Positions 9,719 to 19,604 of a DNA stretch of 64,000 nucleotides are shown piece by piece. The translations under genes were made by a program, and so were the position numbers. How positions within the stretch are numbered: the first letter of the stretch is position 1; the number at the start of each line of letters is the position of its first letter. The notes beneath the pieces were generated by a model, which ran no database searches, was not told where the DNA came from, and saw only the letters and a program-made list of their open reading frames with translations. This stretch comes from Nitrospirota bacterium (lineage in GTDB: Bacteria; Nitrospirota; Nitrospiria; Nitrospirales; Nitrospiraceae), in assembly GCA_963701855.1 (NCBI GenBank), contig CAVPBK010000009.1:320001-384000 (forward strand). Reading direction: 5' to 3'.

Positions 9719-10279
9719 TTACGGGTGAATCCTGGTAATCTTCGACCCTTGCAATCCCAAGCCGGCCATCAGCCCCTGCTGGTCGAAGATAAACGCGTAG
9801 ACGTCGCTCCGACCAGTTGTCGTCGTCAGGCTCTTCCCCATGCCTTTGTCCATCACGACGATGCTGGGACCGACACCGATCTCCCAGCCCTCGCTCTCAT
9901 CCAGATACGTCAAGGCCTTGTCGTTCATGAAGAACAAGACGTAGCCGAACGTCTGCACCCCGGCCTGCAGACCGTACGACGCGGCCAACGTACTGTAGTA
10001 GCCGGCCTTTTCTCCATGCTTCCGCAATGCGCCTTTCCCATAATGCGCTCCGAGAATAAACCCGCCCTTCACGATATTCGGAAACACGAGGATGCCTTTG
10101 GCCTCTTTCCGAAAGAGCTCCGCTTCCGGCGTGTCCTCGAGGAACTTCTTGAGCGAGGCGTCCACCTCACGATCGATCTGCACGGCTTCGGCCGACTCCC
10201 CTGCAATCGCTATCGAGGCCTGCATCGAAAGCCCAAGGATCATAGAAAGCACGACGGCAATCACCATCTCATACCTCAT
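9719..10279 (-). CDS. SYLF/Ysc84-like lipid-binding domain protein
   Basis: AKGILVFPNIVKGGF, SYGLQAG and GLMAGLGLQGSKIT motifs. Confidence 0.88.
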   Translation of the reverse strand: MRYEMVIAVVLSMILGLSMQASIAIAGESAEAVQIDREVDASLKKFLEDTPEAELFRKEAKGILVFPNIVKGGFILGAHYGKGALRKHGEKAGYYSTLAASYGLQAGVQTFGYVLFFMNDKALTYLDESEGWEIGVGPSIVVMDKGMGKSLTTTTGRSDVYAFIFDQQGLMAGLGLQGSKITRIHP

Positions 10280-10476
10280 TGATGCGGGTTTTCGACGGAC
10301 AAGGAAGGTAATCATACTTACTTTCAAGGATTTGTTCTAGCCCCAACTTATCCAGACGATTCGCGTGAAAGGGCGAGTAGCGCGCGGCGATCTGAAGACT
10401 GCAGTGTTCGGAACTTCGACTCCCGACCTTCAGCCTTCAGTCTTCTGATTTCGGCCTACGGACCTCGCTCGTCTCT

Positions 10477-11979
10477 CTATCGTTGCGGCTCTTTTGACTC
10501 ATACCGTTCCTCAACCGCCACTTTGATCACCTGTCCCTCGCGGAGCGGTGTAGCCGCGACAAGGCCATTGACGACCGCGACTTCATCCGTCTTCCAAGCC
10601 GAATGGGCGCGAGCAGCCAAAGACTCGATCGTCTCGTCCTTCCGGGCTGTGATTAACCTGACTCGCTTCTCCGTAATGCCGGCCCGCTCGTGACCTGTGA
10701 GTGGACGAAAACTTCCGGCCACCGCATCGAACACCGGCTGATACGTCTTCAATTGCTCGGTGGATGCAACGACAGCTAGTTGAAAAATCAACCCGCCATG
10801 AGCGATCCAGGTGATCTCGATATGTGCTTTGCCGTCAGCGGGAACCACCGTTCGCGCAGCCGGAAGACCGTTGATGGTAAGGGACTTGGCTTTTGTTGCC
10901 AGATCGATCTTTCTGGCCTTGCCAAGCACCCGCGCGCCCTCGAGCGGATCATCGCCTTTCGCGACGGCCTCGAGCACGACCGCTGCATCGTTGTCCGGGG
11001 CAACAGCCACAATTTTCTCCGGCGCATTCTCGTGCGGCCATTTTTCTGGAAACTTCACGAAGAAACCCAAGTCCGGATGCAGAAACGCCGTCTCTTGAAA
11101 GACGCCGTTCGCCGCGCGCTGGCCGACGACAACTCCGTTCAGCCTGGCCAAATAGGCTTCACTGGTTGGACTGATGGGATCCCGCTTAGCACGGGTCAAC
11201 GATTTCGCATGACGTACGGTATCGGCAACCCGGTCCGACGTCGCAGGATGCGAGTCGAAGAAACTCGGTTTCCGCGGTTCCTTTTCATGCAGAGTCACCT
11301 CACGTTCCAGGTTGGCGAGAAACGTAGACAGTTCGACGGGATCCCAGCCCGCTTCTGCGGCGATCTGCTGGCCCACTTCGTCGGCCTCAGATTCCTGTGA
11401 GCGGCTATAGGGTGAAAAGATCGCGCTCTGCGCAAGATTTCCGACGCCGCCGATCAGATCGCCGACGGTTGAACTGACCAGTCCGGTAATGCCGGAAGCA
11501 AGGCCGAATACCACCGCAAAGGGAGCCTGCTTCGAGATCCGCTGAACGGCATGTTTGCCTGCGACATGACCGATCTCATGCCCGACCACGCCGGCCAATT
11601 CTCCCTCGGTATTCGTCAGGGCCAGGAGGCCGCGCGACACGTAGATATACCCTCCCGGCAGCGCGAAGGCGTTCGGTTCCGCCATATCGACGATATGAAA
11701 TTGGAACGTGATGTTCTTGCGCGGAGAATGTTCGGCGAGACGTTGGCCGAGCTGATCGAGAAACGGAGTGAAGCCCGAATCGTCGGCAAAGCCCATGCCC
11801 GCTTCAATCTTCTTGGCTTCTTCATCGCCAAGTTCTTGCTCCATTTTTCCAGAGATGAGCGTGAGTTCAGGCCGTCCGCTGACTGGATTGATCGCGCAGC
11901 CGGCCCATACGCTCATGATGAGGCCACTCAGAATCAATAGACCGGTGGCGTAAATATTCCGTCTCCATGCGCTGTTCAT
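10477..11979 (-). CDS. M48-family metalloprotease lipoprotein with LysM-like C-terminus
   Basis: Lipobox WAGC, PNAFALPGG, HEIGH, YSRSQESEAD, SHP. Confidence 0.92.
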   Translation of the reverse strand: MNSAWRRNIYATGLLILSGLIMSVWAGCAINPVSGRPELTLISGKMEQELGDEEAKKIEAGMGFADDSGFTPFLDQLGQRLAEHSPRKNITFQFHIVDMAEPNAFALPGGYIYVSRGLLALTNTEGELAGVVGHEIGHVAGKHAVQRISKQAPFAVVFGLASGITGLVSSTVGDLIGGVGNLAQSAIFSPYSRSQESEADEVGQQIAAEAGWDPVELSTFLANLEREVTLHEKEPRKPSFFDSHPATSDRVADTVRHAKSLTRAKRDPISPTSEAYLARLNGVVVGQRAANGVFQETAFLHPDLGFFVKFPEKWPHENAPEKIVAVAPDNDAAVVLEAVAKGDDPLEGARVLGKARKIDLATKAKSLTINGLPAARTVVPADGKAHIEITWIAHGGLIFQLAVVASTEQLKTYQPVFDAVAGSFRPLTGHERAGITEKRVRLITARKDETIESLAARAHSAWKTDEVAVVNGLVAATPLREGQVIKVAVEERYESKEPQR

Positions 11980-12055
11980 TACGATGTCCTTTCGTTGATG
12001 GATTGCTGCAATCCTACCACCGCCCGATATCCGATGGCGCCCAGGACTCACCTGG

Positions 12056-13192
12056 TTAATTCGCCCTGATCGTCAGAATCGGCTGCTGGATTTTCTGGCC
12101 TGTTTCGCTCAACGTGAACAGGATCGTCAGAAACGTAAAGAGCCGCTTCGTCATGAAGTTCCGGTCGTCGATCCAGTACCAGTGGCCTCGATACTTGACC
12201 TGCGCAAACGAATCGCTTGGTCGTTCGGTGCCGCTTTGAATGACCACGGCCTCCGACAGCCCCGTTACGTTTTTCTCCGTCATGGGCACCAGGCCGTACG
12301 TCCGGTGATCCGCGACGTGTTCCGGAGGCACGGCCACCAGCCCAGAAAATTCAATCATAACCTGATACCCGGAACGGGTATGGAGGGCGATCTCCTGATC
12401 CCCTTGCGAGTCGGCCCCGTAGGTGATACGGATCTCCGATGCCTCAGGATTCAACCGCAACAGCCGCTTGACCTCCGCGACATCCTGCGCGATCTCCGGT
12501 GTCAAGCGGCGCGAATGAAACAGGAAGATGGTCGCGTCCTCTTTATCTTTCTCTCGTTGCAGCTTGACTCCCGCACCGCCTGCCGCTTGAATCCGTTTTA
12601 ACAGCCGGATCACCTCAAGGAACTCTGGATCTGCCGGATGGCCGTTCGGCCCGCCTCTGTGGTTTCGGAGGCCGTTGATCGCCTGGGCACTCACTTGCAA
12701 CAGAATATCCACGGGCCACCCAGCTTCAATGAGAAATATGATCGCACCCGGTGGAAACGGCGTCATCATCGTCTTGATGAAGTCCGGACCCGTGAGCGGC
12801 GAATAGGTGACCGTTGGCCGGTCAAGGTAGCGTCCGCCGGCGCCGAAACTCAGAAAATCTCCGAGGGCTCCGCCCGCGTTGCGCCAAGATTTATCGCCGA
12901 GGCCCCCGCCGGCCGAGATGGTGCTCTCGAGTTCATAGCTGCTGATAACCTGACCCACCTCCATAAATACCGGGACATCCGCATACCGGAGCCTGACGAT
13001 GTTCAAGAGCGTCTGCTGCTTCCAGGAGTCGCTGATCGCGGTGATGTAATCGAACCGGTCTCGATTGACGCTGCTCGGGCCGATGCTTCCGCAGCCGCTG
13101 ACGATCCACAGCACCATTGCGACCAACACAGCGCTCACAAACCGGACAGATGCCGTCGATTCTATTCGTCGCACGAATGTTCCTCCTTGCAT
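12056..13192 (-). CDS. Conserved hypothetical lipoprotein
   Basis: 378-aa ORF with lipobox VSGC; QTLLNIVRLRYADVPVF and DRPTVTYSPLTG. Confidence 0.8.
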   Translation of the reverse strand: MQGGTFVRRIESTASVRFVSAVLVAMVLWIVSGCGSIGPSSVNRDRFDYITAISDSWKQQTLLNIVRLRYADVPVFMEVGQVISSYELESTISAGGGLGDKSWRNAGGALGDFLSFGAGGRYLDRPTVTYSPLTGPDFIKTMMTPFPPGAIIFLIEAGWPVDILLQVSAQAINGLRNHRGGPNGHPADPEFLEVIRLLKRIQAAGGAGVKLQREKDKEDATIFLFHSRRLTPEIAQDVAEVKRLLRLNPEASEIRITYGADSQGDQEIALHTRSGYQVMIEFSGLVAVPPEHVADHRTYGLVPMTEKNVTGLSEAVVIQSGTERPSDSFAQVKYRGHWYWIDDRNFMTKRLFTFLTILFTLSETGQKIQQPILTIRAN

Positions 13193-13225
13193 CTGATCCT
13201 TCTCACCTGTGAATGCATCGGTGCC

Positions 13226-13927
13226 TCACCGGGCTTCACGCATGTACAGACTCATCAACCGGGCGATCATCACGGCGAGGTAGAACTGCCCGGCAATGGC
13301 TTCCACAATCGCAAGATTGCGAACCACGTCATTTCCCGGGACCATATCTCCATAGCCCACGGTCGCAAGTGTGATGAAGCTGAAGTAGACGCCTGCCATC
13401 GGGTGGAACGGGTCGGACGCCCCCGGACCGTTGACGATGATCGAGTTAGGCCACATCTGATCCAAGCTCCAGTACAGCACACCCATAAACACCCCGGCCA
13501 ACAGATACGCGCTCAGTGCGGCATAGAGATGCTCGGAAGCGATGATAGACGAGCGGAGAGCAAACCGCAGAGCAATGAACACCGCGTACAGGCCGATTAC
13601 CGTCCAGAGCCAGAGGCTTAGAGTTGAGAGCCCCGCATGGCCTGCCTGCAGAGACCCAATCCTCAGCACGATGGCGACCAGGACGATCGCCGGAAGAACC
13701 CACCGCCCCTTTCGACTTTCGAGTGGAACGGACGCGGCCAGTAAATTAAGGCCCAGAAAAAACTGCATGAAATTGGCGTGGATTCCGATCGCGTTCAGGA
13801 TCGGCGCAACGACGAGCGTCAGGATCAGCGAATAAAACAGGATGGCATAACGATGCCCAAGATAGGCTCGCCACCACCCTGAGAATCCATCCTGATGCAC
13901 CGAGCCGATTGAGGCTTGTTGCGTCAT
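13226..13927 (-). CDS. Potassium channel family (Ion_trans_2) membrane protein
   Basis: Several TM helices and the YFSFITLATVGYGD selectivity filter. Confidence 0.9.
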   Translation of the reverse strand: MTQQASIGSVHQDGFSGWWRAYLGHRYAILFYSLILTLVVAPILNAIGIHANFMQFFLGLNLLAASVPLESRKGRWVLPAIVLVAIVLRIGSLQAGHAGLSTLSLWLWTVIGLYAVFIALRFALRSSIIASEHLYAALSAYLLAGVFMGVLYWSLDQMWPNSIIVNGPGASDPFHPMAGVYFSFITLATVGYGDMVPGNDVVRNLAIVEAIAGQFYLAVMIARLMSLYMREAR

Positions 13928-13944
13928 CCCATCTGTGACCCTGG

Positions 13945-14211
13945 CTATTTGCCTTGTTTCTCCTCGGGCTTTACAGCGGCTTCGAATTCATCCTCGGAAA
14001 TCTCCTTGACCTCAGAGGATTGCAGTGTCACCATGCTGCCGCTCTTCTCATCCTTAAAGGTAATGGCGCCGGCCTTGGTTTTCTCGATGTCCGAGGTGTA
14101 GTAATGCCTGTCGCCGGCCGGATCGTTCACGCGATAATAATTCCCCCCGCAGCCGGCCAGAAGTCCGGCCATTCCACAAAGTATCCCAAGTGCCATAATT
14201 GTCGTCTTCAT
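13945..14211 (-). CDS. Small lipoprotein
   Basis: Lipobox LAGC; GAGGAGG RBS. Confidence 0.8.
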   Translation of the reverse strand: MKTTIMALGILCGMAGLLAGCGGNYYRVNDPAGDRHYYTSDIEKTKAGAITFKDEKSGSMVTLQSSEVKEISEDEFEAAVKPEEKQGK

Positions 14212-14225
14212 CTGGGTCCTCCTCT

Positions 14226-14340
14226 CTGGTTGATCTGGTTTGTTTTGTTATCTCGTTTGTTTGGTTTATTTGGTTGGAGCAGACTAACCGGATACACCAA
14301 ATGAACCAGATCAACCAAACAAACGAAATAAACCAAATAA
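14226..14340. repeat. 9-bp-unit inverted-repeat element, copy 4
   Basis: TCTGGTTGA/TCTGGTTTG left arm and AACCAAATG/AACCAGATC right arm. Confidence 0.85.
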
Positions 14341-14415
14341 CGATTTGGGGGCTTATACCACATCATATGCAGAGAAAACTAACTAGCGGTCGTCTCCACG
14401 ATCTCTTCCTAACGG

Positions 14416-14495
14416 CTAGGAGCCTACCCGGCATTGCCGGTCGTGACAAAGCGAAGGAGATGCGGCCAGATGAGCGGCGCAAGGCCCGAGGCTGA
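14416..14495 (+). mobile_element. Truncated copy of the 21661-21841 MITE
   Basis: CTAG-GAGCCTACCCGGCATTGCC...CAGATGAGCGGCGCAAGGC matches the left part of the MITE. Confidence 0.7.
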
Positions 14496-14503
14496 CGCTC
14501 GGT

Positions 14504-15577
14504 TCACGGTTCACGGTTCTTGGAAATTGCCCCACCCTGGTTGATCCATGCCGTGAACAGCGTATAGGCCACCGCGAGTATCACCGGACCGACAAAGAGC
14601 CCGATGATGCCGAAGGCGAGCATCCCCCCGAGCACACCGACAATGATCAGCAGCAGCGGGAGATCCGCCCCTTTCTTAATCAGAATGGGTCGTAGAATAT
14701 TATCCACAGGAGCGACGAGCAGGGTCCACACGAGCAGCACGGTTCCCCAAGTGGTGTCGCCGGTCCAATAGAGCCACCCAATCGCGCAGAGCAGCACGGG
14801 GACCACCCCGATCTGCACGACCGCTGAAATGAACATCACCACGGTCAACATCACGGCGAACGGCACACCGGCGACCGCCAGACCGATCCCTGCAAGCACG
14901 GCATGCACAAATGCCGTCAACACCACCCCCAGCGCCACTCCATAGATCGCCTGTCCGGCCAGACGGATGGCCTGCTCCCCCTGTTCCCCTGCCAGCCGAG
15001 CGCCGAACCGCAGGGCCATCCCACCGGCAGACTCTCCCGTGGCATAGAGCACGGCCGAGATGAGTACGGTCAGGATGATTTGGCCAAGCAACATCCCGAG
15101 ACCCCCGACCTGCTCTGCGACCCATCGCACGACGCCGCCCAGGTATGGTGACAGACGAGTCGCCAGGTCCTCACGGCTCAGCTCGGAGAGTTGTTGCCAG
15201 TTCGACGCCGCCTTCGCGCCAACCAGCGGGATCTTTCCCAGCCAGTCTGGAGGGGGAGGCAGTTTGAGAGTGGAGAGCGAGGTTGTCCACGTAGTAATCT
15301 CCTTGAAATTCTCTACGAAGGCGCCGATCGCGAAGGCGAGCGGCAGAAGGAAGATCGCCAGCAACAGGAGCGTCATCACCGTCACGGCGAGCCACCGCCG
15401 CCCCAGCAGCCAGCGTTGGAGCATTAAGAGCAGAGGCCAGGTGGCGACCACGATCATCGTCGCCCACACGACCGCGGTGAGAAACGGCAAGAGGATCCAG
15501 ACAGAGGACGCAATCAACGCAAATAAGAATACGACCGCGAGCGTGTCACGAGTAAGATCAGATTGTCGTTCTGCCAT
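14504..15577 (-). CDS. ydiK: AI-2E family transporter (YdiK-like)
   Basis: WATMIVVATWPLL, DNILRPILIKKGADLP, GLFVGPVILA. Confidence 0.9.
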   Translation of the reverse strand: MAERQSDLTRDTLAVVFLFALIASSVWILLPFLTAVVWATMIVVATWPLLLMLQRWLLGRRWLAVTVMTLLLLAIFLLPLAFAIGAFVENFKEITTWTTSLSTLKLPPPPDWLGKIPLVGAKAASNWQQLSELSREDLATRLSPYLGGVVRWVAEQVGGLGMLLGQIILTVLISAVLYATGESAGGMALRFGARLAGEQGEQAIRLAGQAIYGVALGVVLTAFVHAVLAGIGLAVAGVPFAVMLTVVMFISAVVQIGVVPVLLCAIGWLYWTGDTTWGTVLLVWTLLVAPVDNILRPILIKKGADLPLLLIIVGVLGGMLAFGIIGLFVGPVILAVAYTLFTAWINQGGAISKNREP

Positions 15578-15625
15578 AGCTGCTCCCTCCGCGCCCGTTT
15601 ACCGCTCTCCCGATGATGCACAACA

Positions 15626-15773
15626 CGAGATACGTGATTCGCGATGCGGGATATGCGATTCGTGGTTCGGGATGCGTGATCCGGGACTCAAAGCGCGCAT
15701 CTCGTATCCCGTACCCCGTTTCTGCATCCCGTATCCCGTTTCTCGTATCCCGCATCTCGTTTCTCCCATCTCG
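15626..15773. repeat. 7-bp-unit inverted-repeat hairpin
   Basis: About nine CGNGATN units followed by about nine complementary CGTATCC/CGCATCT units. Confidence 0.85.
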
Positions 15774-15893
15774 AAGCGCCTGATAGACCCGCGCCACCAC
15801 ACCAGAGAGAAAAAGAAGGACTGCTGACATCATCGAGAATTATTGATCAGACTAGTGGTGCAGTTCATTCGACCACGCCCAGTGCGAAACGAG

Positions 15894-15930
15894 AGGGCCG
15901 CACCCACCGGAGCGGCGGATGCGGCCCTGC
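15894..15930. repeat. REP-like palindrome (GGCCGCAYCC...GGATGCGGCC)
   Basis: Near-identical to copies at 19536 and 23517. Confidence 0.75.
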
Positions 15931-15994
15931 TCGCTCACTGCGCGTCATGCCGTCGCTCAAAAAAAGCAACGGCATGTACGCGAATCGAACGCAG

Positions 15995-16708
15995 CTACTC
16001 CTCCGGCATCTCGCACTTGGCGTCGCCCCGCATCATGCAGGCCCGCCAGGCAAACTTCTTGGCCCAATAGGTATAGGCCTCTTCGACATCGCCCCAGCGA
16101 TGAAATGACTTCCAGGCATATTTGCCTCCACCCCGGCGATCGACTGCAGCGGCCAGCAGTTCACCGGTCTGACTGTCGGTCGCTTCCACTTCAAGCGTCG
16201 ACTTGCCGACAAATGACTCGGTGCTGGCGATATATTTCTTCCCTTTTGACATGACCATGGCGGCCGGGTACGCGGCAGTGATATTATCCACCACCGGAAC
16301 GTTTTTGCCGGCTTCTGTAATGCCGACACGGAGGTGCAGCACGTCAGGCCCTGGCGACTGTGCCATCTGATAATTCTTGCGGATTTCTTCATCGAGCTTT
16401 GACCAGAGGAATTGGGACAGGTATTCGGCATCCTCCTTATCCAGATCCTTTGCATCAGACTTTTCCCCGCGCCAGACCTGCACCGGCTCCAGCCAGACCT
16501 TCGTATAGGATTTGAACTTGACCTTGTCCCCCGTGAAATACACCAGCGTCGCCTCGGTATCGTCCGCCGCCGGACGGAGCTTCGAATAGTCTTTCAGGAA
16601 CCCGGATGGTTCAGCCTTACCCCAATAACCGGTGGCATGCTCCGAATGCGCGCAGGCCGTAAGCAACATCGCACACACCCCACCTAACATCAGCCGTCGT
16701 ATGATCAT
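15995..16708 (-). CDS. DUF3313 lipoprotein
   Basis: Lipobox LTAC, SGFLKDYSKL, AAVDRRGG. Confidence 0.87.
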   Translation of the reverse strand: MIIRRLMLGGVCAMLLTACAHSEHATGYWGKAEPSGFLKDYSKLRPAADDTEATLVYFTGDKVKFKSYTKVWLEPVQVWRGEKSDAKDLDKEDAEYLSQFLWSKLDEEIRKNYQMAQSPGPDVLHLRVGITEAGKNVPVVDNITAAYPAAMVMSKGKKYIASTESFVGKSTLEVEATDSQTGELLAAAVDRRGGGKYAWKSFHRWGDVEEAYTYWAKKFAWRACMMRGDAKCEMPEE

Positions 16709-16796
16709 GATTGCTCTCCAATTAATGAACATTGATGCTTGCACGGGATCCAGCGAGACCCTCAAGCTGTCAAGCTACAGCGATAGAACTCGCTCG

Positions 16797-17519
16797 TTAT
16801 GCTTTCGGTTCAACACAATTCATCCCGCCGCGCCATTGGCATGCGCGGTATCGAGTCTTCTCGGCCCAAAAGCGGTACGATTCTTCCACGTCATGCCAGG
16901 AGGACCATGACCCGCCGATACTCTTCGTACCGCCACGGCGATCAACCGCCTCCAGAAGTACAGTTCCAGTAGCGCTGTCGGTCACCCTCATTTCTGCGCT
17001 CGCACTACCCGCAAACCCCGCCACGCCGGTGGCCAAACTCTTCCCGCCCGCAAGCACTTTCGCCGGCAAATAGATGCTCGTGACCATATCCAGCACGACA
17101 TTAGAGGATCCTGCTTCGGTGATAGCCACTTGGATGTGCATCACGTCCGGACCAGGTTGACTCGTCATCTCATAGTCGTTCCGGAGAGATTCGTCCAGCT
17201 TCGACCAGAGCAACGCCGCCATCCGCTGCCGATCTTCTGGTGACACGTCCTTGAGCTGCGAGTCTTTCTGACTCATCCAGACGGTCACTGGATCCAACTG
17301 AATCTTCTTATACTTGCGCCAATCGGCGGCAGGATTCTTGTAGATCAACAACGCCTCGCCCTCCGCCCCTTGCGAAAAGAAGCTGCCTCTTTGGCCTTCC
17401 TTCAGCCTGGAATAGTCACCAAGAAAGCCTGATTTTTCCACCGACTTGGCCTCTTGGGTGGCTGCGCAGCCAGTCACCACAAACATAAGTAGCAGAATCG
17501 CCCCCATCATCTTACGCAT
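16797..17519 (-). CDS. DUF3313 lipoprotein (close paralog of 6350-7069)
   Basis: Identical GAILLLMFVVTGCAATQEAKSVEKSGFL; GGAGG RBS. Confidence 0.88.
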   Translation of the reverse strand: MRKMMGAILLLMFVVTGCAATQEAKSVEKSGFLGDYSRLKEGQRGSFFSQGAEGEALLIYKNPAADWRKYKKIQLDPVTVWMSQKDSQLKDVSPEDRQRMAALLWSKLDESLRNDYEMTSQPGPDVMHIQVAITEAGSSNVVLDMVTSIYLPAKVLAGGKSLATGVAGFAGSASAEMRVTDSATGTVLLEAVDRRGGTKSIGGSWSSWHDVEESYRFWAEKTRYRACQWRGGMNCVEPKA

Positions 17520-17562
17520 ACTCGCCTCCCTATTTGTTATTTGTTTTCTCAGTGCCCAAGAT

Positions 17563-17690
17563 TGCAATTGATATCAGGCAGGCATCTTAGGTTTTTTGAA
17601 GAACCAATGCAAAGGATTTCTCCGCCAATCTCCACAGACCATCACCTTGAAAGATCGGCACTCGTTTCGTAGAATGCGCCCCCTGTGCAC
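17563..17690. promoter_or_regulatory. Divergent promoter region A; sigma70 TTGAAA(17647)-17-TAGAAT(17670) on +
   Basis: Consensus-like hexamers with 17-bp spacing; homologous to 26723-26861. Confidence 0.7.
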
Positions 17691-17773
17691 CGGTTTACGG
17701 TAATCGCAGCCGCACGTCTTCTGGTTATCAGACGTACCGCGGTGCTCTCCGCCATTCACCTCGTGAATATTGA

Positions 17774-18799
17774 TTGATGCGCCCACGTTTTCTCAAAATC
17801 TTTCTTGCTGTCTGCCTGCTCCTCACATTCCTCACGGCCACTCCCCTTCCGGTTCAGGCTGCCGTCGTCGTACTCAAGAACGGCGATCGGATTACCGGCC
17901 GGATCGTTAAAATGCAGGACAAGCGGCTCGAGATAGATGTGACGTTTGCTGACATCATCAAGATCAAATGGGAGGACGTCCAAAGCATTACGAGCGAACG
18001 GGCCATGTCCGTTAAGCTGTACGGAGAGGTCGACATTCCCGAGGACGCAGGAGAGCGGAGAGTCGACCGGCTCATCCTTTTTACGCTCGGAGAGGGTGGG
18101 CCGATCAAGCTTGAGGATGTGCGCGCAATCAATTTTGCCGAGAATGATTATCGTGGCTATATCAGCGCCGGCGGCAATCAAACCTCCGGCAACACAAAGA
18201 CCGAAGCGTTGAATATCTCCGGAAGTCTTATGTATCGGAGGCTCGAACATCGCTATAACCTGGACGGAAAATATAATCGCGCGCAAGCCGACGGAGAGGA
18301 TACGGCCAATAACTCTGCCTTCAACGTCAAATACGACTACTTTCTGACGCGTCGGGTATATGTGGGAGGGTTCGACCTCGCTGAAACGGACCAGTTCCAA
18401 AGTCTTACCGTGCGCAACACCGGCGGCCTCCTCCTGGGCTACGACATCCTCGACCGGGAACACCACAATCTCACCATAGCCGCCGGCCCAGCGGCCGTGT
18501 ATCAGGATTTCACGACGGACCCGGCGACTATCACACCCTCGGCGTCCGGAGTCCTGCGATATGAATTCATGTTCCGGGGCGATGATGTGGTGTTCTTCCA
18601 CAAAAGCCAAGCATTTAAGGACCTGGGGCATGGGTCGGCGACCCGCGTGAATGCCGACCAGGGCCTCCGGGTAAAGCTTACCAATAACTGGCGGATAAAC
18701 TTTGAATACGATATCCGCTACAACTCGCTGCCGGTCACCGGCAAACAGACGGTCGATACCAATATTATTTTTGGATTCAGCTACGACATTAAACCATGA
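17774..18799 (+). CDS. DUF481 (YdiY-like) outer-membrane beta-barrel
   Basis: Signal peptide, VVLKNGDRITG, SGNTKTE, amphipathic beta strands. Confidence 0.87.
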   Translation: MMRPRFLKIFLAVCLLLTFLTATPLPVQAAVVVLKNGDRITGRIVKMQDKRLEIDVTFADIIKIKWEDVQSITSERAMSVKLYGEVDIPEDAGERRVDRLILFTLGEGGPIKLEDVRAINFAENDYRGYISAGGNQTSGNTKTEALNISGSLMYRRLEHRYNLDGKYNRAQADGEDTANNSAFNVKYDYFLTRRVYVGGFDLAETDQFQSLTVRNTGGLLLGYDILDREHHNLTIAAGPAAVYQDFTTDPATITPSASGVLRYEFMFRGDDVVFFHKSQAFKDLGHGSATRVNADQGLRVKLTNNWRINFEYDIRYNSLPVTGKQTVDTNIIFGFSYDIKP

Positions 18800-19069
18800 G
18801 TTAGTCCCCTCTTCAGACTCACGTCGGCAACCGGATTTGGACCGCTTTCGCGAGGGCCTGCACAGACACCTGTCGATCTTCTTCCACATCAGTATCTTCG
18901 AGGGTGACTTCTATCCGGCAACAGCCAGCCAATCTGGAACCATAACGTCCCGTCTGGCCCAGGATCAGGCCGCACTGCATTGGCGTAATACCTCCATCTA
19001 GACGCGATTGGTTTGCCTCGCGTTTGCAAGGTGGATGAACTGCCAAGGGATTGTCGGTACCACTCGACA

Positions 19070-19355
19070 ACGGACCGGCACGCTCTCGGTGGACGGCAAG
19101 CAGGTTACTCAAGGTAAGATCGAGCGCACCATTCCCATCCGCTTCTCGCTCGACGAGACGCTGGACGTTGGCGAGGACGCCGGCACACCAGTGGTCGAGG
19201 GCTACGTGGCCAAGATGCCGTTCAAGTTCACCGGCGTTCTGAAGAAAGTCGTGATTGAACTCGGCAGAGTGGACTCACGGCCAGCGAAGACAAACAGCTC
19301 GAAGAAGTCAACGGGAAACTCGTGGCAGTGTGGGATTAAACCCTTGGTTGGATGA
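19070..19355 (+). pseudogene. Remnant of an arylsulfatase C-terminal domain
   Basis: TGTLSVDGKQVTQGKIERT...DETLDVGEDAGTPVVEGY...FTG resembles the C-terminus of 1498-3936; no catalytic domain. Confidence 0.75.
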
Positions 19356-19373
19356 GAGAGTGGGAATCGACAC

Positions 19374-19573
19374 GTAGGGCCGCATCCGCTCCAAACGAGA
19401 GACGCCAGAGTCAGTAGTACCAGGGCAGGACAGAACTCACGAATCTGCCCGAGCGTTCCTCTATTTTCCATCTTCACTTGAGAGGGTTTCAATGCGCCAG
19501 GCTTTCCAGTCCGTCATCATTTTGTACTGCCGCCTGTAGGCCGCACCCGCCGGTGCGGCGGATGCGGCCCTGC
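19374..19573. repeat. Pair of REP-like palindromes in inverted orientation
   Basis: GTAGGGCCGCATCCGC at 19374; GTAGGCCGCACCCGCCGGTGCGGCGGATGCGGCCCTGC at 19536-19573. Confidence 0.7.
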
Positions 19574-19604
19574 CGGAGTTGTTCCAGCATTTCATCGACC
19601 GGTG

